Assembly: GCA_951406725.2 (NCBI GenBank)
Contig: OX597815.1
Coordinates: 69,626,001 to 69,690,000 of the forward strand
Reading direction: 5' to 3'
Source: Octopus vulgaris
Lineage: Eukaryota
Length of the DNA: 64,000 nucleotides
The notes below the pieces were generated by a model. The model was given only the letters and a program-made list of their open reading frames with translations. It ran no database searches and was not told where the DNA came from. Below are positions 52,729 to 64,000 of the stretch, one piece after another (position 1 is the first letter of the stretch; the number at the start of each line of letters is the position of its first letter). Both the position numbers and the translations under genes were made by a program.

Positions 52729-54379
52729 GAATATGCTTCAACACACGAACTCATATAAAGAATCTTGCAAACCAAATCCCAAAACGAAATACTTTTATAC
52801 AGTATATTCTCTTTAACCTAGTGAAGGCGCATGACTCATTGGTTAGAGCGTTGGGCTCACAATCACGAGGTAGGGAATTGCTGATCTTCCATAAACAACC
52901 TTACCTGGACTTGTGCCTCGGAGAGGAACTTTTTAGGCGCAATCACATGGTCAATCATATTTGCAGAGGAAATATTTTTGTTTGACCGCTTTTCAAAGGT
53001 GTCCGTGCATAATTACGTCACCATGTTTACTAAAAAAAACAAACTATTTTCGTAACAATTTCGGCACTTAGAAAGTTGTTAATTTTGGAAACGAAATCAA
53101 AAGCATCCCAAATAAAAGGTATCGATTCTTTTACATGAATGTTTCTTCTCATATCTATTTTCACTGGTGCTCCGATCATACACACCATGCAATTAAGTCA
53201 CATCCAAAGTCCAATTTTTGAAAATAAAATGGATTTGTACAGGGACAGTAAAGTGGGACGGATTATTTGAAACATACAAATGATTTAGTGAACTATTAAA
53301 TCAAGTAAGTTTATAGTGAATTACGACGAAAGGATATCGCAAATAACATAGCTAAAATTAGCAATGAATGTCGAACTCACGTGCTTAAATATAGCAGCCA
53401 AAGTAAAATTTATGACTGAATTCCTTTAACGACTAAGTGATGCCAAAATGTCGTTGGCATTTCAAGGGTGTTGTATGAATAACATATTTCATAAAAATAT
53501 CCTCGTTTCAAAGAAATATTTCTTTATTCCCTTATTGTACCCTTGTGACGTAACAAAAATATAAGACAACGAAATCAAAACCTCATTAATGTTTCTGACC
53601 CATGGGCTCCTGAAAACAGTCACAAGAGAAGTGAGCCCTGTTCACTAGGCAACAACGTAAGTCAACTCTACTACAAATTCTAGCTCAAATATTATGATTT
53701 ATGCATAATGCGGGACCTGTAAGGATTTCCATTTAGTGTATGCAGCATAATGCACCAAGCACAACTTGATTTATGCTGGTTACACAGCAGGAAAATTAAA
53801 ACAAAAGATTCAATAGGCACAAGTATGACGTCAGGCACAATAACAGTACTTCTACGAAACTTGCCGAACAGTTTATATCAAACAACGGTAAATTTGAGGA
53901 ACACCTGCAAGTATACATTCTCAGAAAATATTCTGACTCTACTGAACTGTCAGTTCTCAAGACTACATGAAGATAAATATATTTATGAGTTATTAGCATT
54001 GTCCTGGAAGGTTGAACACAACGACAGGAGAGTTTTTCGTCAGATTTATTAAGCAAAACATTTTGACTAAATGTTCTCTGACTCTTTTTCTCTTTTCTTT
54101 TTTATTTTTTATCTTGTTTCAACCAATTACGAACAAGTGAAATTTGTTTTGGAAGGAACGCAGGATAATCCAGTTGAAATTTTGAAATTTCTACATTTCT
54201 GTTTATAATTGGTTTTTTTTTTTTTTTTTTTTGAACCTGAAGAAGACAGATGTACTATCGAAATATAGTGCAGATCAATAACCGAAGATAACCGGTGTTT
54301 TATTGATATATAGGGCTGCTGAAGATGACAGCTAAGCTTCTTTCAGATCACACAAGGCTGTCTTCGACATTATAATGTA

Positions 54380-55830
<1,451 letters not shown>

Positions 55831-56258
55831 AAATAAGTTTATATCATCATTAGCAGACCCCCTCTCCCCCTCTCTCTCTATCTATATATATGTATATATA
55901 TATATATCTTATTGCCTATCTAGCCATCTATATCTCTTTATCTAAGTCTTTCGTCTCTTTTATCTTTTACTATAAACTCTGTCTCTAATTCTCTCTATCT
56001 CCCTCACTCTATCAATCTCTCTCTCTCCCCCTCTCTCTCATTTTCTCTATCTCTGTTTCTCTCTCCCTCTTTCCCTCTCCCTTCTCTCCTTCGCTCCTTC
56101 CTCTTCTTTCTCTCCCCTCCCTCCTTTCTCTCCATTTTCTTTCTTTCTCCACCCTCTTTCTCTCTCCTCTCCTATGTAAACAAAAGAACAGAAAGAAAAA
56201 GTACTAAAGTCAATAACATCATCAACACTCCTTCTCTCCCTCTACTCCCCCTCTCTCT

Positions 56259-56352
<94 letters not shown>

Positions 56353-57382
56353 CTATTCCTTTCTCTAACACATGGAAACAACAACAGCAAATACAAAACT
56401 AAAAACAATAGACCACCTAGAGAAATATTGTCACTACCATCATCACCACAATCACCATTATCATTACCAACACTACCACCTTCACCACTACTGTCATCAC
56501 TATTATCATCAACATCATCATCATCATCATCATCATCAGAACCACCGTCACCACCACTACCACAATCACCACCATTATTATCATCATCAGCAGTAGCACC
56601 ACCACTGCTGTTACCACGACGACCACAACCCTAACCGACACCACCCTCCTCTTCCTCCTCAACATCATCATCATCACCATCATCATCACCACCGCCACCA
56701 CCACCACCATCATCATCATCATCGTCATCATCATCTCTGCCGCCATCGTCGTCATAGTCGTCACCGTTGTTTCTTACTAAATTAAAACAGTCACAAAACA
56801 ACAGCATCAATTTACAACAATATCAAAAAAAAAAAAAGATCCGAAGTGACAGAAGAAACTACGACAACAATTACAACCTCAACAACAATCAAATCCTTTC
56901 TTTTTTTTTTTTTGCTCTCCCAATTACTCTCACTCTCTTACACTCGTACTCTCTGTCTTCTACCCCGGTTATAAAAGTAACACAAACATGCGCATAACCA
57001 CACGTGCGCGCACACACACACACACCTGTTTTTTTCCTTTTTCCTTCCGCATATTCTTTGTCCCTTCTTAACTCTCTACTTTCACATTCACATTCCATAC
57101 TTTCTATTTTTTTACTCCTTTTTCTCCTCCATTTTATATCCCTTTTTCTTATGGTCCACATTAAGGTATTACCGTTTGGTTGCAACCGCATGCTTTCAGA
57201 TTCAGTCCCATTGCGCGGTACGTTGGACAAGTTTCTTCTACTGTAATGCTCGGACCGACCAATGTAGAAGAGATGGAGTTAGCAAACTGCGTTTATTGCT
57301 TAGTTTACAATTGTTTCGTCGATTTCCGTTATAACGAATATTGCGTCATGTTGATACCGTGTTGATAATTACCGGTGGTGTT

Positions 57383-57490
57383 GATGATAATGATGATGAT
57401 GATGATTGCACTGAGCAATTTTCCCTTCACAGCGCAGATGATAATGATGATGATGATGATTGCACTGAGCAATTTTCCCTTCACAGCGCA
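57383..57490. repeat. Perfect 54-bp tandem duplication
   Basis: gatgataatgatgatgatgatgattgcactgagcaattttcccttcacagcgca twice. Confidence 0.9.
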
Positions 57491-58481
57491 CTATGGAACC
57501 AACTTCTTGGAATGCCACGAAAAGTTATGTGCTAATTGAATTTACCATTTCGCCAGAAAGGACCCTTATAGCAATCTGAAGTAAGCGGTTAATATTAATC
57601 ATATTCATTCAAGAGAAATGTAGGAAGAGAAGGAGTAAATGAGATGAAGTAGGGCAAGTGGAATTTGACAAGAGAATTAGACCTATATCAGTTTGACAAT
57701 CAGACTCATCAATACAAGTTTGTAATCAGCTGTGGTGTCTTCCAAAAATAAAATAGTTGGCTGGTTTTGACAATCAGGCATTTTGAGGCAGTCATGGATA
57801 TTTTCAGCAGGCTGGGAGTTTAAAAATCAAAGGGCAAGTCTTTTATTGAATCCGACAGCTGAGATAAATTTGTCCAATAAAACGATTAATTACTATCATT
57901 TGCACATGCTTGTATTTTTACATACGCACACACACAACACACACACACAGATGCATACATATGTACGTATGTGTGTGTGCCTGTCTTTGTACTTGAGTCT
58001 GTACTTCCCCACACTGTTTGTCAAACGGAATCTGTTTGTTTACATCTCCGTGAATTGAGGTTCGGCTAAAGATGCCGATGAGATAAATACCAGGGTTGAT
58101 GTGTTCGACTGACACCCTTTAGAGTGGTGCCCCAGTATGGCCGCAGTCTGAGGACTGAAATAAGTGAATAATAAAAGATTATTTTCTTTGTTTCTTGGGT
58201 TATTTTCTTTCATTATATTTTTTTCCACTTTTACCTTTTTTGTGTTAAATTCGACCACATTTACCCGTTTCTTTCTTTTACAATAGCATTATTAGTTCAA
58301 ATCATTTATTATCCATTCTCAACGTTCTTCGCTAATTTTTACCTCTCTTCGACTTTCCAACCCTCTCTCTCTCTCTCTCTCGCTCCCGCTGATTCGCTCA
58401 CTTGACCCGTTTATGTAGCCTGCTCCTCGTCTCTCTCTTTCCTTCTGTAGCTAGTTAGACAAACAGACTGACAGAACGGAG

Positions 58482-58514
<33 letters not shown>

Positions 58515-58557
58515 AACAGACAGACAGACATACAGACATACAGACAGACAGACAGAC

Positions 58558-58624
<67 letters not shown>

Positions 58625-59539
58625 AAGGTAGATAGATATGCAGACCATCATATATATATACATATATATATATATATATTTTGATATATATATATATATT
58701 TATACATGTGCATGTGTGAGTGAGTTTATGTGTGTGTGTGTGTATATGAGTGTGTGTGTGTGTGCAAGTGTGTGTGTATGAAACTGCATATTTAGACAAA
58801 TATGTATAAATAGATCTATACATTTATAAATATGTTCACATGCATACATCAGCACACACACACAGATATATAAACATATATTAAAAACTGCACCCCATGC
58901 GGTCTTTTGACCTACCACCTGCGAAGGGCTAATAAGGCCTGCGGCCCAAAACTAGAGAGATCTAAATAGCATGAGTGTAATACGTCTATGAAGACTATAT
59001 ACCCTGGTGGTGTTTGGTCAGAGGTTATGGACGAATGAGAATTAATTCGGTAATGCAATCATTCTATTGTTTCAGTCCCAAGTTGAATTCCAACTGTTGG
59101 TGAATTTGTTTTAAAGTTCTTATCTCGACGTAAAATTAACGAAGCGAATGTCATTTATCTCCCCCTTGATCTCTCACGTCATCTGAGAAACGCCAGCCAA
59201 GATGGCGTGAATCAGCGAAGCTTTGCCTGCTAGAAATAGCAAGGCAAATGTTTTTAAATCAGATCCCAATACTGGATATTCAAGAACCAAATGAAGGGTA
59301 GATTTTCAATCCCGGATTCATCCTGATCCAAAAAGATATAATAGGTCTATGTAGAGCACATGTAGACTGAGAGAGAATGGGCCAAACAGACAAAATTTCG
59401 CTTTTATTATTATTATGTATGAGTAAATATATACGATCTGCACACGCGCAAACATACACTCACAAACATGCGCGCGCACGCACGCACACACACACATATA
59501 AACACATATGGGGGGATCATAATGATAGGACACATAATG

Positions 59540-59773
59540 AAAGGCAGAGAGCTGGCAGACATGTTTGCACGCCGAGCAAAATGCTTGGCCGTATTTCGTC
59601 TGCCGTTATGTTCTGAGTTCAAATTCCGCCAAGGTCGACTTTGCCTTTCATTCTTTCGGGGTCGATAAATTAAGTACCAGTTACGCACTGGGGTCGATAT
59701 AATCGACTTAATCGGTTTGTCTGTCCTTGTTTGTCCTCTCTGTGTTTAGCCCCTTGTGAACAATAAAGAAATA
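59540..59773 (+). mobile_element. SINE family A, near full-length copy
   Basis: aaggcagagagctggcaga...gagttcaaattccgcc...ttagccccttgtgaacaataaagaaata, closely matching 53-292. Confidence 0.85.
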
Positions 59774-60399
59774 ATGATAGGACACATTTTAAACGCTAGT
59801 ATCTTGGATTATAAAAATGACATGGAGTACCGAATATATTTATAACATAACAGTCCCATCACTATGGCTCACCCTGTATATATACATTCAAAGGTGAATT
59901 AGAGGCAGCACTAGTTTTGACAACATTATCGAGCACACATAAAGTATATGTCTCCGAATATATATATATATCTATATGTATATATTACGATTCCAGAAAT
60001 GTGTCAATCCTTGCTAATAGTTTCAAAAATCATCAAAGTGTTTTAATACTTATCATCAGACATTGAAAATTGTTAGTATGTCTATAGCTGCAGCCATGTG
60101 GATGTCGATGCATATAGATATGTAGGAGTACAGGTGTACGTTTATACGTTTGAGCGTCTTGATATGAGTGTACATGTGTTTCGTATGCTTGTATGTTCGT
60201 GCGAGTATATATACATTAATATATAAATGTCTGTGTTTATATATGTATATATGTATGTGTGTGCGTATGTATGTATGCACATGTATGTATTTGTATATAT
60301 CTGTATATTTATGCATGTATACCTGTACTTACAGACATGGAACGAAAACATATATACATATATATATATGTGTGTGTGTGTGTGTGTACGTATGTATGA

Positions 60400-60441
<42 letters not shown>

Positions 60442-60982
60442 TACATACGTACACACACACACACACATATATTTATATGTTTTCGTTCCATGTCTGTAAG
60501 TATACTTGCGTGTGTATGCATTTGTGTATGTGAATGTATTAAAGACATGTATCTGTCAATATCAGCTCATCCGTTCTCTCTCCACACACACACACACACA
60601 CACGCTGTTATCTGTGACATGTTTCTCTAGTTCATCGCTTGTTAATCTCAACTTTACCAGGATCCTTACATTGAAAAAATCATTATGACCCCCATAAACA
60701 CTTTCTGTTTCTTTTTCATTGTCTTCGATTTTGCATACACTCACACACGCGCGCGCGCACACGCACACACATACGTGAATGCTTTCCCTAATAAAATAGC
60801 ACTTCATTTCATCTTATAGCAAAAACAGCTGTGGGCTAATGTACTTCATGACATAAGTTCTTATTCCCTTGTACTTTATTTAATTTCTTGTTATTGCCCT
60901 GTACTTGACTGATACTTTTTTCTGAAGCATAAGCATATTGAGTTCCAACGCCAGATTATTAGTACCACTATGCCTAAGCGAA

Positions 60983-61033
<51 letters not shown>

Positions 61034-61404
61034 GCACACAAAGACACAAACATACATACATATATATATACATACACATACACATGTACATACACAAAAT
61101 GCTTAAAATGTTTCATTTTTCTGATTTGGACAGTGTTTGCCATACCCTTCCTCCTTCCACCATATTCCTTCATAGATTCTCTCTCCATTCCCCATTTCTC
61201 TCACCCTCACTTTCAAATGTTTTTCTCTCCCTTTTTATCCTTCGTCGACTGCTTTATTTTGTCTTTCTGTTTTCTGTTTATATTTTTGTGTTTTTCATTA
61301 TCATTTAAACTAACACATTACCGCAGTAAATAAACTATATCATAAACATACAAACATACACACACATGCTATACATACCCACCCACACACGTACTTACAT
61401 TTAT

Positions 61405-61477
<73 letters not shown>

Positions 61478-61569
61478 ATACACACATTCATATACATGCA
61501 ATCTTACATATGTACATGCATATATGGATATGAATACTTAAATATATGTATGTATGCGTGTGTGTGTAT

Positions 61570-61623
<54 letters not shown>

Positions 61624-62263
61624 GCACACGGACATATGAGTTTATATAATGTAATATTATATTATATAAAGATATGTAAATCAAATAAAAGTTATATGGA
61701 ATATATACCAAACAATAAATATAAAACAAAAAATAACAAAATAAAATATTGGCTATAAAATAAACCACTTTTATTTCCAAAATACCTTCACTACTCCTTT
61801 CCCTTCACCCTCTCCCTTTTCCTCCCCTTTTCCCCCCTCACATATTCTTTTACACTCTTTCTCATCTCACATTCTCTTCCTCTTTCAGCTTGTTTTTTTT
61901 TTTTTCAGCGTCTTTCACTCTCTCTTTTTGTTCTTTTAAGTCTTGTATTTTTTCTCTTATCTTTTTTCCTTTCTTCCTTTGTATGTATACAGTATGTTTT
62001 CACATACGTATGTATATAGGTGTATGTATGTATGCATGTATGTATGTGTGTGTGTAAGTACGTATGTATGTATGTATGTATGTATGTATGTATGTATGTA
62101 TGTATGTTTGTATGTATGTATGTATGTATGTATGTATGTATGTACGTGTTTGTGTGTCCCCATAGTAATATCTATTCCTCCGAATAAATATATGCATGAT
62201 ACTCGCACACACACACACACTCACAGAGAAACCCACACACACACATACCCACACACGCACACA

Positions 62264-62328
<65 letters not shown>

Positions 62329-63064
62329 TATTTACATATATATGTACCGGTAAATATATGTGCCGGTAAATATATATATATACACACTCATATATGTATA
62401 CATATATACATACGCATGCATGCATACATAAATAATACATGCACACATTCAGGCATACACAAACATATAAACACACGTTAATATTTGTATAGATACATAC
62501 TACACCTACATACAGCTCATTATTGTATACATCATTACATACTCACGCCACCGCTCTTCTTGCCCACCACCAATATTCTTATTTTAAAATTATTTTCCCC
62601 TTCCTTCTATACTTCTGCATCCTTTCCTCCTAAACCCCCGACTTCATTTCCCTTCTCACCCTGTCTCACTCACACACACACACACACACACATATGTATG
62701 TATACATATGTATTTGTATATGTATATGCGTGTGTTCGTGTGCGTGTGCGTGCATGTGCATATATGACTGTATTTATGTTTGCATGTTTTTATTTACGTT
62801 TCTACATTTGTTTCAACGCTTTTACTTAAAAATTTTAAATGTCTTCATACTACACTTATTGATGTTACTCAATACATTTTCTTGTTTTACTCTCTCAATT
62901 TCTCTCTCACTCCCCCTCTCTCTCTATCTGTCTCTTTCCCTATCCCTCCGTGTACATGCATACAGACACACACGCACACACACAGACACACACACATACA
63001 TATATATTTGTATATGTACATATGTGTGTATATATGTGTGTGTGTATGTAGGTATGTATATTCA

Positions 63065-63099
<35 letters not shown>

Positions 63100-63482
63100 C
63101 AATGCAAGTCTATACTCATATATACACGCGTGAATGTATGTAAATACATACACTCACACCGACGCACACACGCACACACGCACACACACTTTATTGCTGT
63201 GGCTCTTTTCAGCTTTTCACCATCTATTCTCACCTTACCCCTTTCACTCCCACCTCACTTTCTCTTTATCTTTCTCCTCTCTTTCCTCATTTCATAATCC
63301 CTTAAAGAAACACACACACATACGCACACACGCACACGCATACACACACATTCACACACATAATTATATACATACACAAACACATGCGTATACATATACA
63401 AAAGCTCAAATATATATGAATATATGTAAATATACAGGCATATATCTATATACATACATACATACATACATACATACATACA

Positions 63483-63565
<83 letters not shown>

Positions 63566-63746
63566 CCACCAAAGAAAATAATCTGCCATTTATTCCATAT
63601 AACTGAAATATGCATTTTAATGTATTTTAAATATACTTTACATTACCGACATTTTCTGTCTTCTCTCTATCTCCCCACTTCACAGATAAACCGCTTTCCG
63701 CTGTATTATTATACCTGATACATGACATACATATATACAGACATGT

Positions 63747-63869
<123 letters not shown>

Positions 63870-64000
63870 GCATATACTTAAACATATATATATAAATATA
63901 TATACATACATATATATATATATATATGTAAATGTAATATGGAAATATATGAATATATATGTGTGTGTGCATATATATGTGTTTATATATGTGTATGTGT

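Noticed and set aside
57487-57579. Protein-coding exon (MEPTSWNATKSYVLIEF...)
   Set aside because: Short, ends in a stop before the donor-like site and resembles no protein I recognise.

Overview
AT-rich, microsatellite-saturated eukaryotic non-coding DNA (intergenic or deep intronic). The SINE families and repeat landscape look like an octopus (coleoid cephalopod) genome; this is an inference from recalled repeat families. No host protein-coding exon is convincingly seen, and nearly all ORF-track entries are microsatellite artefacts. The window contains: (1) a near-intact R4/Dong-clade non-LTR retrotransposon (1219-aa ORF with Myb-like, RT, CCHC and restriction-like endonuclease domains) plus three 5'-truncated relatives, all in (TAA)n arrays in the same orientation; (2) a ~520-560-bp non-coding element, present twice, with the same (TAA)n context; (3) two decayed Penelope-like elements and about ten minimal type-I hammerhead-ribozyme motifs in (TA)n-flanked modules, including a ~499-bp tandem hammerhead unit with retrozyme-like architecture; (4) a TIR-complete but dead mariner nested in a SINE; (5) hAT, Helentron-type and other MITEs, L1/Tx1 and Gypsy fragments, and three abundant tRNA-SINE groups; (6) several fold-back palindromes centred on (TA)n; (7) a few unique islands resembling cis-regulatory elements, one with a perfect ERE core.
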